NCBI GenBank assembly: GCA_047285805.1
Contig: JBJBCN010000003.1
Location: 672,001-736,000 of the forward strand
Reading direction: 5' to 3'
Length of the DNA stretch: 64,000 nt
Source of the DNA: Synechococcus sp.
GTDB lineage: Bacteria; Cyanobacteriota; Cyanobacteriia; PCC-6307; Cyanobiaceae
Position numbers and translations under genes: made by a program. Position 1 is the first letter of the stretch; each line of letters begins with the position of its first letter. Positions 1 through 10,953 of the stretch are shown piece after piece. Under the pieces are notes generated by a model, which did not search any database, was not told the DNA's origin, and was given only the letters and a program-made list of their open reading frames with translations.

Positions 1-623
1 GTGATCGCCGGCTCAGCGTCGGGGTTGGCCTTGGCCTCCTTGGCTTTCTTGGCGAGCAGGGCCCTGCGCTTCACAGCCAGGTCGCTGAGCAGCTGGGCGC
101 GGGTTCGGCCCCGCAGTTGGAAGAGGACGAAGGGGTCTTCGCTGAAGCGTTCCCCCATCAAGTAGTAGACGGCGCTGACGTGTTTGCAGGGGTTGACCTT
201 GTCCGGGCAGGTGCACTCGCTGCGCACCTCCTGCAACTTGAAGGGGAAGAGGCGCTTACCGCTGGCCGCGAAGGCCCGCTCGATGTCCTGCGGCATCACC
301 CCCGCCAAGAGTTGGGCGGACCAACGGGCCTTTTGCCCGAGGGCCTCAAGGACGTAGTTCCAGTCCTCATTGTTGAGGACATCCAGCCAGAGCTTCACCT
401 TGTAGGGGTCTTCGCCGCTGCCCTGCACCCGGGCGTGAACGCGGCGGCCTTCAAAGCGGATGGAGAGGACGTTGCCTTCGCGGGCGTAGGCCCAGGCCCG
501 CTCCAAGCGCTTCTTGAAGCGGTATCCGTTGATCAGCTCCATCCACTGCTCAACCCACCAGGGTTGCTGGCTCAGACCTTCATTGCCGAGTTGGGTTGTG
601 ATGCTGTTGGAAGAAAGAGTCAT
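1..623 (-). CDS. SWIM zinc-finger protein (3' end runs off the window)
   Basis: Not in the ORF track. Hand translation from ATG 623 gives MTLSSNSITTQLGNEGLSQQPWWVEQWMELINGYRFKKRLERAWAYAREGN...ECTCPDKVNPCKH, a CxC-x-CxH SWIM motif; directly downstream of the SNF2 gene. Confidence 0.9.
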   Translation of the reverse strand, partial: MTLSSNSITTQLGNEGLSQQPWWVEQWMELINGYRFKKRLERAWAYAREGNVLSIRFEGRRVHARVQGSGEDPYKVKLWLDVLNNEDWNYVLEALGQKARWSAQLLAGVMPQDIERAFAASGKRLFPFKLQEVRSECTCPDKVNPCKHVSAVYYLMGERFSEDPFVLFQLRGRTRAQLLSDLAVKRRALLAKKAKEAKANPDAEPAI

Positions 624-627
624 GGGA

Positions 628-3600
628 TTAGTTCTCGCTGAGGGTGACGAGTTCTTTGAGTTGGCTCACATCCATGCCGCCGAGCCAATCCTCACCGGAG
701 CCAACGATGTCTTCGGCGAGCTTCGACTTCTCTTTAATCATCCTGTCGATGCGCTCTTCCACGGAGCCGCTGGTGATGAACTTGTGGACCATCACCCGGT
801 TCTGCTGACCGATGCGGTAGGCACGGTCGGTTGCCTGGTTTTCGACGGCGGGGTTCCACCAGCGGTCGATGTGGAAGACGTGGCTGGCGCGGGTCAGGTT
901 GAGGCCGACGCCACCAGCCTTAAGGGACAGCAGGAAAAGTTGGGGGCCGCGGGGGTCGTCCTGGAAGCGGTCGACCATGGCCTGACGCTCGGTCTTGCTA
1001 GTGCTGCCATAGAGGAAGGGCACCTTTTGGCGCCACTTGTGCTCGAGGTGGGCCTTGAGCAGATGACCCCATTCGGCGAACTGGGTGAAGAGCAGGGCCC
1101 GATCGCCGGCTTCCACCACTTCCTCGAGGATTTCCTCAAGCCTCTGCACCTTGGCGCTGCGGGCCGCGAACTCCTTGAAGAAGCTGGCATCCGCGTCAGC
1201 GGGGTCCTGCTTGAGGGCGAGTGCCGGGTGGTTGCAGATCTGCTTGAGTTTAGTGAGCAAGGCCAGCACCTGCCCATGTTTCTGGCCTAGTGGTGCCCGG
1301 GCGATCGCATCGAGGCTCTCGTCCACGGTCTTGGAGTAGAGCTTTTTCTGCTCGGGCGCCAGACCCACCCATTCGCTCAGTTCCACCTTCTCGGGCAGGT
1401 CGGAAATGATCGACTTGTCGGTTTTCAGGCGGCGCAGGATGAACGGGCCCACGCGGCCCTTGAGGTCTCGTAGGGACGACATGTCGCCGTAGCGCTCGAT
1501 CGGCATTCGGTAGCGCTGGCGGAAGAAGGGCTCATCGCCGAGCACTTTCGGATTGAGGAAATCCATCAGGGCCCAGAGCTCGCTGACCCGGTTCTCCACC
1601 GGTGTGCCGGTCAGGGCAATGCGGAAGCGGGGCCCCTTGCCTGAGCGTCCCATGTCCCGGGCCGCCATGGACTGCTTGGCGGTGTGGTTCTTGATCGCCT
1701 GGGCTTCATCGATCACAACCCCCTGCCAGTCGACCTTGTCCAGCAGCTCGCTGTCCCGTTGCAGCAGGCCGTAGGTGGTCAGAACGAGATCCACGCCCTT
1801 CAGCGCTTTCTTGAGGGCTTCCGCGCTGGAGGGGCGGCGGGGGCCGTAGTGCTCGTTGACCGTCAGGTCCGGGGTGAAGGCTGCGGCTTCCCGCTTCCAG
1901 TTCGTCAGCACCGAGGTGGGCGCCACCAGCAGCACGGGGCGTTTGAGCTCCTCTTCGGCCTTGAGGTGTTGCAGGAAGGCCAAGAGCTGAATCGTTTTGC
2001 CCAGACCCATGTCGTCGGCCAGGCAGGCGCCCTGATCGAAGCGGTGCAGGAAGGCCAGCCAGCCCAAGCCGCGTTCTTGGTAGGGCCGCAGTTGGCCGGC
2101 GAAGCCTGGGGGCGCCGGCAGCGGATCCGGGGCCTTTTGCTGGTGGTATTGCTCGAGGACCGCCTGCAGGCGGGGCCCGGCCGTGAAGGCGTGAACCGGG
2201 AGCCGGGCCAAGGTCTCGCCCTCGTTGCCAGTGATGCGCAGGGCTTCATCGAGGCTGAAGGGCGGCTCCGAGGAGCAGAACTTCTCGGCGTTCTTCAGGT
2301 CGAGGGGGCGCAGTTCGATCCAGGCGCCCTTGTGTTGCACCAGGGGGCTGCGCTTTGCCGAGAGCTTCTCGAGGTCCTTCAGGTTCAGCGTGACCCCGCC
2401 GATCATGAATTCCCAGCGCCAATCCAGGCTTTCGCCGAGCGTGAAGCCGCGGGATTTCTCGGGTAGCTCGGCCGTGATCGCCAGGCCCAGGCGGCTGGCC
2501 AGGCCCCCGGAGAGGCTGGCCGGGAGGACCACGCCGACACCCACATCCCGCAGGCGCGCCGCGGCGGTGCGCACGAGGACAAAGGCCTCAGCGGGGGTGA
2601 GCTGCATCGCCTCGGGGGTGGCGGCATCGAGGCCCCGCTCGAGGGGCTCAAAGGCCAAGAGGGCGCGGCCCAGGCCCTCCAGCAGCAGTGCTCCGGGCTG
2701 CTCCAGCTGCAGTTCACCGAGGGCCAGGCTGCTGTCGCCTGCGGCCCAGACCAAGCTGGCGGGCAACCGCAGGGTCGGGTCAGCCTCAGCTTGAAGACCG
2801 AATTTCAGCTCCCAAAGTTCCTCCCCTTCCGGCGGGGTGAAGAGCTCGAAGCAGGCCCTGGCGGGAGCGACCTTGCCGGCGACAGTCTCGCGCCAGTGAT
2901 TGCTGGCGCCGCAGAGGCGCTCCTGTTCTTCCTCGTCGAGCTTGAGCTTGCCGTCGCGGCTGGCGAGGCCCTCTTCCCAGGCTGCCAGCAGGGGGTCTAG
3001 GCCGGCTGCACCCGGCTTGAAGGCTTCCCGCAGCTGCCCGTCCACCAGCTTGTCGACGATGCTCGCTACCAGGAGCCGATTGGAGCGGGGACGACCGCAG
3101 GCCAACTGGGGATCGGGGCTGGAGGCGGCCACCACCTGGGGCATCTGGGAGGCGAGCTCCTCTAGCCGGCGGCGGTCGTCTTCCCGGTTCAGCAAGGGGC
3201 GCCAGCTGGCTGTGCCGTCCGCGCTCTCCGGTAGCCAGCGGCCACGGGCGATCAGGCTGAGGCACCAGCGCTGGACGTGGCACCACCAGAGCAGGTCATC
3301 CCCCAGGCCCGCCTCATAGGCGCCTGAGAGGGGCAATTGGTTGAGCCAGGTGGCCGCGGGCCCCGGTTTGAGGAACCAACCCTCCACCTGCCAGGGCCAC
3401 CAGCTCAGGTCCTTGGGGAGGGGTTCCCCGGATTGCAGCGGTAGGCCACTCCAGGGGCTTCTGTCTGTGCTCTTGGTGCCGCGGCTCTGCTGTTGACGGC
3501 TGGGTAATGTCAGGGTGACGGTGGCTTGACGCAGGTCCTCGGACCAGAATTTGTTGTCGTCTAGCCAGGTGGCTAGATCGTCAAGGTCCAGGCTCAGGGG

Positions 3601-3747
3601 GTGCAAGGGGGCCTCGTCCTTCGGGCTGACGGGTTCAGCCACACGCCAGGTGTCAGCCCAGATCAAGAGGCCGGCGGTGGGCGCCTTGCCTTTGGCGAAG
3701 CTCCCCGCCGGGACGACGGGCAGCCAGGTGGCATGCAGCAGGCTCAT
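628..3747 (-). CDS. SNF2/Rad54-family helicase-like ATPase
   Basis: LADDMGLGKT (Walker A), DEAQ box, LTGTPVEN, SLKAGGVGLNLT, WWNPAVENQATDRAYRIGQ. Confidence 0.95.
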   Translation of the reverse strand: MSLLHATWLPVVPAGSFAKGKAPTAGLLIWADTWRVAEPVSPKDEAPLHPLSLDLDDLATWLDDNKFWSEDLRQATVTLTLPSRQQQSRGTKSTDRSPWSGLPLQSGEPLPKDLSWWPWQVEGWFLKPGPAATWLNQLPLSGAYEAGLGDDLLWWCHVQRWCLSLIARGRWLPESADGTASWRPLLNREDDRRRLEELASQMPQVVAASSPDPQLACGRPRSNRLLVASIVDKLVDGQLREAFKPGAAGLDPLLAAWEEGLASRDGKLKLDEEEQERLCGASNHWRETVAGKVAPARACFELFTPPEGEELWELKFGLQAEADPTLRLPASLVWAAGDSSLALGELQLEQPGALLLEGLGRALLAFEPLERGLDAATPEAMQLTPAEAFVLVRTAAARLRDVGVGVVLPASLSGGLASRLGLAITAELPEKSRGFTLGESLDWRWEFMIGGVTLNLKDLEKLSAKRSPLVQHKGAWIELRPLDLKNAEKFCSSEPPFSLDEALRITGNEGETLARLPVHAFTAGPRLQAVLEQYHQQKAPDPLPAPPGFAGQLRPYQERGLGWLAFLHRFDQGACLADDMGLGKTIQLLAFLQHLKAEEELKRPVLLVAPTSVLTNWKREAAAFTPDLTVNEHYGPRRPSSAEALKKALKGVDLVLTTYGLLQRDSELLDKVDWQGVVIDEAQAIKNHTAKQSMAARDMGRSGKGPRFRIALTGTPVENRVSELWALMDFLNPKVLGDEPFFRQRYRMPIERYGDMSSLRDLKGRVGPFILRRLKTDKSIISDLPEKVELSEWVGLAPEQKKLYSKTVDESLDAIARAPLGQKHGQVLALLTKLKQICNHPALALKQDPADADASFFKEFAARSAKVQRLEEILEEVVEAGDRALLFTQFAEWGHLLKAHLEHKWRQKVPFLYGSTSKTERQAMVDRFQDDPRGPQLFLLSLKAGGVGLNLTRASHVFHIDRWWNPAVENQATDRAYRIGQQNRVMVHKFITSGSVEERIDRMIKEKSKLAEDIVGSGEDWLGGMDVSQLKELVTLSEN

Positions 3748-3765
3748 GGAGGCGGGGCCTGGGGT

Positions 3766-4212
3766 TCAGGGGCGCCGCTGGATCGGTTCAACCCGGCTCA
3801 CGACAAGTCGCGATAGGGCCATCGATCCGTGCAACACCAGCGCGGCGCCGATCAGCGGCAACCAAGCACGAATAAACTCCATCATCACAGTTGGCGCGAC
3901 CTCAGCCAAGGTCTGGGGCCAAGGGCCCTGCAGCGGCCAGGGCAAAAGTGCCGGCCGGCCAAGGCTGTGGATGCCGCAGACCGCTCCGACGAGGCCCGCC
4001 TGCAGGTGGCCATCGTTGGCGTCGACCCGCTGTAGGTGGAAGGCCAGGAGGCCATAGAAAAGACCGCAACCGCCGGCCCTAAGGGCCGATTCCAAGCCGA
4101 GTGGCAGCCCCAAGATCAAGGCGCTGAAGCCGGCCCCCAGGGCCCAGGCGATCGATCGCAGCCGCAGTTCGGCCCGGCTGGGCTCAGAGGTGGCGGGGGA
4201 GGCGGCGCTCAT
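3766..4212 (-). CDS. hypothetical membrane protein
   Basis: 148-aa ORF with several hydrophobic segments, filling the gap between SNF2 and alaS. Confidence 0.7.
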   Translation of the reverse strand: MSAASPATSEPSRAELRLRSIAWALGAGFSALILGLPLGLESALRAGGCGLFYGLLAFHLQRVDANDGHLQAGLVGAVCGIHSLGRPALLPWPLQGPWPQTLAEVAPTVMMEFIRAWLPLIGAALVLHGSMALSRLVVSRVEPIQRRP

Positions 4213-4253
4213 GCTGCGCGATCATGGCGGGTTAAGGCTCGTTTTGCTTCGCC

Positions 4254-6890
4254 ATGGCCGCCGCTCCCCGCACTGGTGCTGAGATTCGTGCGGCTTTTCT
4301 GGACTTCTACGAGCAGAGGGGCCACAAACCGATGGTCAGTGCCTCGCTGGTGCCGGAGGACCCGACGGTTCTGCTGACCATCGCCGGGATGTTGCCGTTT
4401 AAGCCGGTCTTTCTTGGTCAGCAGCCCCGGCCTTCGGCTCGCGCGACCAGTAGCCAGAAGTGCATTCGCACCAACGACATCGAAAACGTGGGGCGCACGG
4501 CGCGGCACCACACGTTCTTCGAGATGCTCGGGAACTTCTCCTTCGGCGACTACTTCAAGGAGCAGGCCATCCAGTGGGCCTGGGAGCTGAGCACCGCTGT
4601 GTTCGGGATCAGGCCCAATAACTTGGTGGTTAGCGTCTTCCGCGAGGACGACGAAGCCGAGCAGATCTGGCGCGATGTCGTGGGGGTGAACCCCAAGCGG
4701 ATCATCCGAATGGATGAGGCAGACAACTTCTGGGCCTCCGGTCCCACGGGCCCTTGCGGTCCCTGCTCGGAGATCTATTACGACTTCAAGCCCGAACTGG
4801 GCGATGAAGACATCGATCTGGAGGACGACAGCCGCTTCATCGAGTTCTACAACTTGGTGTTCATGCAATACAACCGCGACGCTGAGGGCACCCTCACGCC
4901 GCTGGAGAATCGCAACATCGACACCGGGATGGGCCTCGAGCGGATGGCCCAGATCCTGCAGCAGGTTCCGAACAACTATGAGACCGACCTCATTTATCCG
5001 CTGATCGAGGCCGCGGCGGGTTTGGCCGGGATCGACTACAAGCAGCTCGACGCCAAAGGCCAGACGTCGCTGAAGGTGATCGGGGACCATAGTCGCGCTG
5101 TAACCCAGCTAATCTGTGATGGCGTCATCGCCAGCAACCTCGGCCGCGGTTACATCCTGCGCCGGCTGCTTCGTCGCGTGGTCCGCCACGGACGTCTCCT
5201 GGGCATCGACAAGCCCTTCCTGACGGCCATGGGTGAAGCGTCGATTGCCCTGATGCAGTCGGCTTACCCTCAGCTGCGGGAGCGTCAGGAGGTGATCCTG
5301 AGCGAGCTGAAGCGCGAAGAGGCGCGCTTCCTGGAAACCCTGGAGCGGGGCGAGAAGCTGCTGGCGGATGTGCTGGCGGCCAAGCCCAAGCAGATCTCAG
5401 GCGAGCAGGCCTTTGAGCTCTATGACACCTATGGCTTCCCCGTGGAGTTGACCCAGGAGATCGCCGAGGATCATGGCCTCGTGGTCGACTTGGACGGCTT
5501 TGAGCAGGCCATGGAGGCCCAGCGCCAGCGGGCGAAGGCCGCGGCGGTGAGGATTGATTTGACCCTTCAAGACGCCATCGATCAGATGGCGGCGGATCTG
5601 GAGGCCACTCGCTTCCAGGGCTATGAGCTGGTGGACTACAGCAGCAGCGTTCAGGCGCTGGTGGTCAATGGTGAACCGGCGGAGCGGGCCGAGGCTGGCG
5701 ACAGTGTTCAGGTGGTTCTCGACATCACTCCCTTCTACGGCGAAGGCGGCGGTCAGGTGGGCGACCGCGGCGTGCTCAGCGGAGACGGCTTGATCGTCGC
5801 GATTGAGGCCGTGAGCCGAAACCGCAGCGTCTTTGTCCACAGCGGCCGGGTGGAGCGCGGCAGCGTGAGCGTTGGCGATGTGGTCCACGGCCAGGTGGAT
5901 CGGGCCTGCCGCCGTCGGGCCCAGGCGAACCACACGGCGACCCACCTGCTCCAGTCGGCCCTCAAGCAGGTTGTCGATCCCGGGATCGGGCAGGCCGGCT
6001 CACTGGTTGATTTCGATCGCCTGCGCTTTGACTTCCATTGCCCCCGTGCGATCACCGTTGAGGAGCTCGAGCAGATTGAGACCCTTATCAACGGTTGGAT
6101 TGCCGAGGCCCACAACCTCGAGGTGCAGGAGATGGCGATCGAGAAGGCCAAGGTCGCCGGCGCCGTGGCGATGTTCGGTGAGAAGTACGCCGATGTGGTT
6201 CGGGTCGTCGATGTCCCGGGCGTGTCGATGGAGCTCTGCGGCGGCACCCACGTCAGCAACACAGCTGAGATTGGCCTGTTCAAGATCGTCAGCGAAAGCG
6301 GTGTGGCCGCGGGCATCCGACGCATTGAGGCGGTCGCGGGTGCGGCGGTGCTCGCCTATCTGAATGAGCGCGACGCGGTGGTGAAGCAGCTCGGTGAGCG
6401 CTTCAAGGCCCAACCGGCAGAGATCGTTGAGCGGGTCGTCAGCCTGCAGAGCGAGCTGAAGGCCAGCCAGAAGGCTCTGGCCGCTGCCCGCGGGGAATTG
6501 GCCTTGGCGAAATCAGCTGCCCTGGTGAGCCAAGCCGAAGCGCTCGGCGAGTGCCAGCTGCTGATCAGTCGCCTGGATGGCGTGGAAGGTGGTGGCCTGC
6601 AGAGCGCGGCCCAGGGGCTCGTGGATCAACTCGGCGATGGAGCCGCAGTTGTCCTTGGCGGCCTGCCGGATCCGTCTGATCTGGGCAAGGTGATCTTGGT
6701 GGCCGCCTTCGGCAAGGGTGTGATCGCCAAAGGCCAGCAGGCCGGCAAGTTCATTGGCGCCGTGGCCAAGGCGTGTGGCGGCGGTGGTGGCGGCCGGCCG
6801 AACCTGGCGCAGGCCGGCGGTCGCGATGGTGCAGCCCTTGATGCAGCGCTGGAGCAGGCCAAAGGCGAGCTGACCCTAGCCCTGGGCTGA
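4254..6890 (+). CDS. alaS: alanine--tRNA ligase
   Basis: [34 protein letters not shown] and ELCGGTH editing motifs, C-terminal GGGGGRP. Confidence 0.98.
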   Translation: MAAAPRTGAEIRAAFLDFYEQRGHKPMVSASLVPEDPTVLLTIAGMLPFKPVFLGQQPRPSARATSSQKCIRTNDIENVGRTARHHTFFEMLGNFSFGDYFKEQAIQWAWELSTAVFGIRPNNLVVSVFREDDEAEQIWRDVVGVNPKRIIRMDEADNFWASGPTGPCGPCSEIYYDFKPELGDEDIDLEDDSRFIEFYNLVFMQYNRDAEGTLTPLENRNIDTGMGLERMAQILQQVPNNYETDLIYPLIEAAAGLAGIDYKQLDAKGQTSLKVIGDHSRAVTQLICDGVIASNLGRGYILRRLLRRVVRHGRLLGIDKPFLTAMGEASIALMQSAYPQLRERQEVILSELKREEARFLETLERGEKLLADVLAAKPKQISGEQAFELYDTYGFPVELTQEIAEDHGLVVDLDGFEQAMEAQRQRAKAAAVRIDLTLQDAIDQMAADLEATRFQGYELVDYSSSVQALVVNGEPAERAEAGDSVQVVLDITPFYGEGGGQVGDRGVLSGDGLIVAIEAVSRNRSVFVHSGRVERGSVSVGDVVHGQVDRACRRRAQANHTATHLLQSALKQVVDPGIGQAGSLVDFDRLRFDFHCPRAITVEELEQIETLINGWIAEAHNLEVQEMAIEKAKVAGAVAMFGEKYADVVRVVDVPGVSMELCGGTHVSNTAEIGLFKIVSESGVAAGIRRIEAVAGAAVLAYLNERDAVVKQLGERFKAQPAEIVERVVSLQSELKASQKALAAARGELALAKSAALVSQAEALGECQLLISRLDGVEGGGLQSAAQGLVDQLGDGAAVVLGGLPDPSDLGKVILVAAFGKGVIAKGQQAGKFIGAVAKACGGGGGGRPNLAQAGGRDGAALDAALEQAKGELTLALG

Positions 6891-6981
6891 TCCAGACAGC
6901 TCCTGAACCGCTCTCCTGGCGTTGCCAGGAGAGCGGCAGGAGAGGAACCCTGAAGCCAAGACCTGTTGCAGGAGAGTCCCG

Positions 6982-7173
6982 ATGGCGAGCTCCTTTGAGA
7001 TTCACGCCCGGCACCACTGGAGCTTTCAGTTGGTGCTGATGGGTAGCCGACTCCAACTGGAGGGTTGCCGTGAAGGGGAAGAGCCCCTGCGCTGTTCCAC
7101 TTGGCTGGAGCCCCAGGATACGCCCCTTCACATGGCCCATGAGCTTATGGCTCACCCGAGCTGCGCTGTTTGA
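6982..7173 (+). CDS. small hypothetical protein (63 aa)
   Basis: ATG 6982 with AGGAG at 6970-6974; occupies the alaS-speA gap. Confidence 0.45.
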   Translation: MASSFEIHARHHWSFQLVLMGSRLQLEGCREGEEPLRCSTWLEPQDTPLHMAHELMAHPSCAV

Positions 7174-7177
7174 TCGA

Positions 7178-9112
7178 TTAGCTCTGCAGGTAAGTCGTTT
7201 GCCTGAGGCTCGTCTCCAGGTGATCCATCAGGCGCCGGGCCTCCTGGATTTTGAGGCTTCCCTTTTGGATGGCCGCCTCACTGGTCACCCGCAGGCGCTC
7301 CAGCAGCACCTCCGGGTCGTGTTCCATCGCTTCAAGCACTTCGGCGTTGGTGTCTCCCCGCACGACATGGTCCACCTGGTAGCCGCCGCCTGGTGAGAGG
7401 CGGATGTGGACCGCATTGGTGGCGCCAAACAGGTTGTGGAGGTTGCCCATCACCTCCTGATAGGCCCCGCCCAGGAACAGGCCGATCAAGTAGGGCTCAC
7501 CTGGAGTCAGCGCGTGGAGTTCCAGCAGTGGTTTGCTTTGCCCCTGGGCGATGAACCGCGCCAGCTTTCCATCGGAGTCGCAGGTCAGGTCTGCGAAGTG
7601 CCCCAGCTGCTCGGGCTGTTCGTTCAGCCGGTGAATCGGCAGCAGCGGGAAGAGTTGCTCAATCGCCCAGCTGTCGGGGGCGGAGCGAAAGACCGACAAA
7701 TTGGCGTAGAACGTCGCTGCCAGTTCGGCTTTGAGGTTGCTGAGCTCCTCGGGAATAGCCTCATTGCTCGGCAGTTTTTGGGCAATGGCCTGGGCGCATG
7801 CCCAGGTGAGCTGCTCGGCTACGGAGCGTTCCGGAAGGCTGATGTAGCCCAGGCGGAAGGCGTTCAGTGCGTCGTCTTTAAATTTTAGGGCGTCGTTCCA
7901 TGTCTCCTGCAGCTTCGAGAGATCGCGATCGCCCTCCCCATCGAAGGCTTCAATCTCCGCGAGGGTTTGGCGCAGGTTGCGGACCGTGAGCGCTTCCTCG
8001 CCCTCGGTGGCTGGGCAGCCACTAGGCACGGTGCTCTGGCCGAGCACGTTGAACACCAGCACCGAGAAGTGGCTGGCGATGGCCCGGCCGCTTTCGCTGA
8101 CCAGGGTTGGAACGGGAACACCGTGGGGCTCGCAGCATTCCCTGACTGTCGCGACGACGTCGTTGGCGTAGTTCTGAAGCGAGTAGTTCGTTGAGGCCGA
8201 CGTCGCGGTCCGGCTGCCGTCGTAGTCGACCCCGAGCCCACCACCCACGTCCAGGAATCCCATAGGAGCGCCGAGCTTGGTCAGTTCGACATAGATCTGT
8301 CCGGCTTCCTGCAGGGCGTCCTTGAGAACTGCAATGTCGTTGATCTGACTGCCTACATGGAAGTGGAGCAGCTTCAGGTCGTTCAGCAGGTTGGCCTGCT
8401 TCAGGGCCTCGACCGTTGCGAGGAGTTCGGGGATGGCCAAGCCAAATTTCGCTTTGGCGCCAACGGAGCTACCCCAGCGTCCGGTGCTGCGGCTGGAGAG
8501 CTTGGCTCGGATGCCAATAAAGGGTGCTGCGCCTAGGTCTTGGCTGGCCTGGATGATCCGTTCGACTTCGTCGGCCTGCTCGATCACGACCACCGGTTGC
8601 CGGCCGAGGCGTCTGGCGAGAATGGCCGTCTCGATGTAGCGCTGATCCTTGTAGCCGTTGCAGATCAGCAGCGCCTCGGTGTCATCCACCAAGGAGAGGG
8701 CGATCAGTAGTTCCGCTTTGCTGCCGGCCTCCAGGCCGAAGTGCCAGCGCTTGCCGCAGGCCACGAGCTCCTCGACCACATGGCGCTGTTGGTTGCACTT
8801 CACGGGGAAGACCCCCTGGTAGCGACCGGAGTAGCCGTATTGGGTAATGGCGCGCTCAAAGGCGGCATGGAGTCGCTCGAGCCGATCCTCGAGGATGTCG
8901 TCGAAGCGAATCAGCAGGGGGAGCCCGAGGCTGCGACCTTCTAGGCCCTGGACGAGATCCAGGAGATCCAGGCTCCCGCCCCGCTCCCCTTTGGGCTGGA
9001 CGTTGATGTGGCCGCGGGCATTGACAGAGAAATAGGGATCTCCCCAGCGGTCGATGCCGTAGAGGGCTGCGCTGTCGGCCGCGCTCCAGCTGGTGTTTTC
9101 AGCGGAGACCAT
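7178..9112 (-). CDS. speA: biosynthetic arginine decarboxylase
   Basis: FPVKCNQ PLP-lysine motif, [29 protein letters not shown]; start chosen at MVSAEN. Confidence 0.96.
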   Translation of the reverse strand: MVSAENTSWSAADSAALYGIDRWGDPYFSVNARGHINVQPKGERGGSLDLLDLVQGLEGRSLGLPLLIRFDDILEDRLERLHAAFERAITQYGYSGRYQGVFPVKCNQQRHVVEELVACGKRWHFGLEAGSKAELLIALSLVDDTEALLICNGYKDQRYIETAILARRLGRQPVVVIEQADEVERIIQASQDLGAAPFIGIRAKLSSRSTGRWGSSVGAKAKFGLAIPELLATVEALKQANLLNDLKLLHFHVGSQINDIAVLKDALQEAGQIYVELTKLGAPMGFLDVGGGLGVDYDGSRTATSASTNYSLQNYANDVVATVRECCEPHGVPVPTLVSESGRAIASHFSVLVFNVLGQSTVPSGCPATEGEEALTVRNLRQTLAEIEAFDGEGDRDLSKLQETWNDALKFKDDALNAFRLGYISLPERSVAEQLTWACAQAIAQKLPSNEAIPEELSNLKAELAATFYANLSVFRSAPDSWAIEQLFPLLPIHRLNEQPEQLGHFADLTCDSDGKLARFIAQGQSKPLLELHALTPGEPYLIGLFLGGAYQEVMGNLHNLFGATNAVHIRLSPGGGYQVDHVVRGDTNAEVLEAMEHDPEVLLERLRVTSEAAIQKGSLKIQEARRLMDHLETSLRQTTYLQS

Positions 9113-9227
9113 CGAGCTGGCAGCGGGGCAATGCCGGAAATCTAAGGACTCGTGCCCGCGCCGCCACGTGTACTTGCCAAGCGGTAGGGCGGCCACGGAC
9201 GATGGCCCGGATCTGACGTTTTTTGTT

Positions 9228-9686
9228 ATGGCTGCCGAGCGCACCTTTGTCGCCATCAAGCCCGATGGTGTTCAGCGCGGTTTGGTGGGCGAGATTCTCG
9301 GCCGCTTCGAGCGCAAGGGCTTCAAGTTGGTGGGGCTCAAGCAGCTCACCCCCAGCCGTGAACTGGCAGAGAGCCACTACGGCGTCCATCGCGAGCGCCC
9401 CTTCTTCGCTGGCCTGGTGGACTTCATCACCTCGGGCCCGGTTGTGGCCATGGTTTGGGAAGGCGACGGCGTGATCGCCAGCGCCCGCAAGCTTATCGGC
9501 GCCACCAAGCCCCTGGAAGCTGAGCCCGGCACCATTCGCGGTGATCTCGCCGTGAACATCGGCCGCAACGTCATCCACGGTTCGGACGCCCCTGAAACCG
9601 CTCAGTTCGAGATCGGCCTCTGGTTCCAGGCTTCTGAGCTCAGCGATTGGACCCCTTCGGATCAGGGCTGGCGCGTCGAGGGCTGA
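9228..9686 (+). CDS. ndk: nucleoside-diphosphate kinase
   Basis: [14 protein letters not shown]...NVIHGSD. Confidence 0.98.
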   Translation: MAAERTFVAIKPDGVQRGLVGEILGRFERKGFKLVGLKQLTPSRELAESHYGVHRERPFFAGLVDFITSGPVVAMVWEGDGVIASARKLIGATKPLEAEPGTIRGDLAVNIGRNVIHGSDAPETAQFEIGLWFQASELSDWTPSDQGWRVEG

Positions 9687-9705
9687 TCCCTCCCCTTCCA
9701 ACGAG

Positions 9706-9734
9706 ACCGGGGAGCGCAAGCCCCCGGTTTTTTT
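9706..9734 (+). terminator. intrinsic terminator after ndk
   Basis: ACCGGGG/CCCCGGT stem followed by a T tract. Confidence 0.8.
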
Positions 9735-10860
9735 ATGCCGCGCGCTGGTCGCGTTCGGAAAAGCGTTTCCAGCTGAAAGCACCCAGCAGCTGCTCTTCAT
9801 CCGGCGTCAGCTCTTCGCCAAGAAGGCACTTGCGCAAGAGCTGGGCGGTAACGGCGGCTAGCAGAACACCATTGCGATGGTGCCCTGCCGCAAGCCACAG
9901 GCCTGAGATCGCACTGTCCCCTAGCAGGGGCCCTTCGTCGGGGGTGCAGGGCCTGAAGCCCCACCAGCGCTCCATCGGCGGCCAGTGTTTTGCTTCAGGG
10001 AGGAGCGCCGCGATGCCCGCCTGCAGTTGTCTTTGGCCGAAGGGGGTCAGCCCGGTGGTGAATCCCGCATCCCGTTCGCTGGTGGCTCCGACCACCAGCA
10101 GGCCGTCTTCCCGAGGGACCAGATAGGTGCCCGGGCCAAAGATCACGCGGGGCAGGGCATCTTTGGGGCCCTGCAGCGAGAGCATCTGTCCTTTCACCGG
10201 ATAGATCGGTAGCTCGGGCAGCAGCTCGGCACTCCAGGCTCCGCAACAGAGAACTGCCTCAATTGCATCGATGGTCTGGAGGTCGCCTTCAGCGTTGCGG
10301 ACGCGGATCCCCTGGAGCGTCTGGTCCTTCTGGAGCAGCTCCAGGACTTCAACGCCCTCCTGAAAACGCACCCCCAGGTCGACGCAGGAGCGCTCCAGGG
10401 CGCGCATAAGTTGACGGCGGTTGTCGATTTGACCGTCCTGCTGGAAGAGCAGTCCGGCCTGCCAGCCCGGCCCGATGCCCGGGATTTCACGCTCGAGGCC
10501 GGCTCGATCCAGGGCTTGCCCCCAGGGAGCCGTCGGATAGACGTCACGCTCCGCCTCCGAGGCGAAGGGCACCACGATCCCGCACTCCCGCAGCCCGCAG
10601 GAGATGCCGCTTTCGGTTTCGATCTGGGCTACCCAGCCGGGCATCCGCCCCAAGCTTTCTTGGCCGAGGCGCAGCAGATCACCGCTGAGCCCTTCGGCAT
10701 GGGGCGCGAGCATCCCGGCGGCCACAAAACCCGCCGCTTCGCTGCGTTGACGGCTGAGCACTTCGACGGAGCGTCCAGCCCGGGCGAGCTGATGGGCCAG
10801 GGCAAGACCCATGAGGCCGCCCCCGACGATCAGAACTCCGTTGCCCTGGGCGGCTGTCAT
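9733..10860 (-). CDS. thiO: glycine oxidase ThiO
   Basis: GGGLMG FAD motif, AAGMLAP, PVKGQM, GFRP, GHHRNGVLL. Confidence 0.92.
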   Translation of the reverse strand: MTAAQGNGVLIVGGGLMGLALAHQLARAGRSVEVLSRQRSEAAGFVAAGMLAPHAEGLSGDLLRLGQESLGRMPGWVAQIETESGISCGLRECGIVVPFASEAERDVYPTAPWGQALDRAGLEREIPGIGPGWQAGLLFQQDGQIDNRRQLMRALERSCVDLGVRFQEGVEVLELLQKDQTLQGIRVRNAEGDLQTIDAIEAVLCCGAWSAELLPELPIYPVKGQMLSLQGPKDALPRVIFGPGTYLVPREDGLLVVGATSERDAGFTTGLTPFGQRQLQAGIAALLPEAKHWPPMERWWGFRPCTPDEGPLLGDSAISGLWLAAGHHRNGVLLAAVTAQLLRKCLLGEELTPDEEQLLGAFSWKRFSERDQRAA

Positions 10861-10953
10861 AGCCGGTCCAACCCGAACCGCCAGTGTTTCAGGTGATGCG
10901 CAGGGCTGACCAGCGGCCCTTCCATAGGATCAGACGATTGACGGAGTTTTGAC

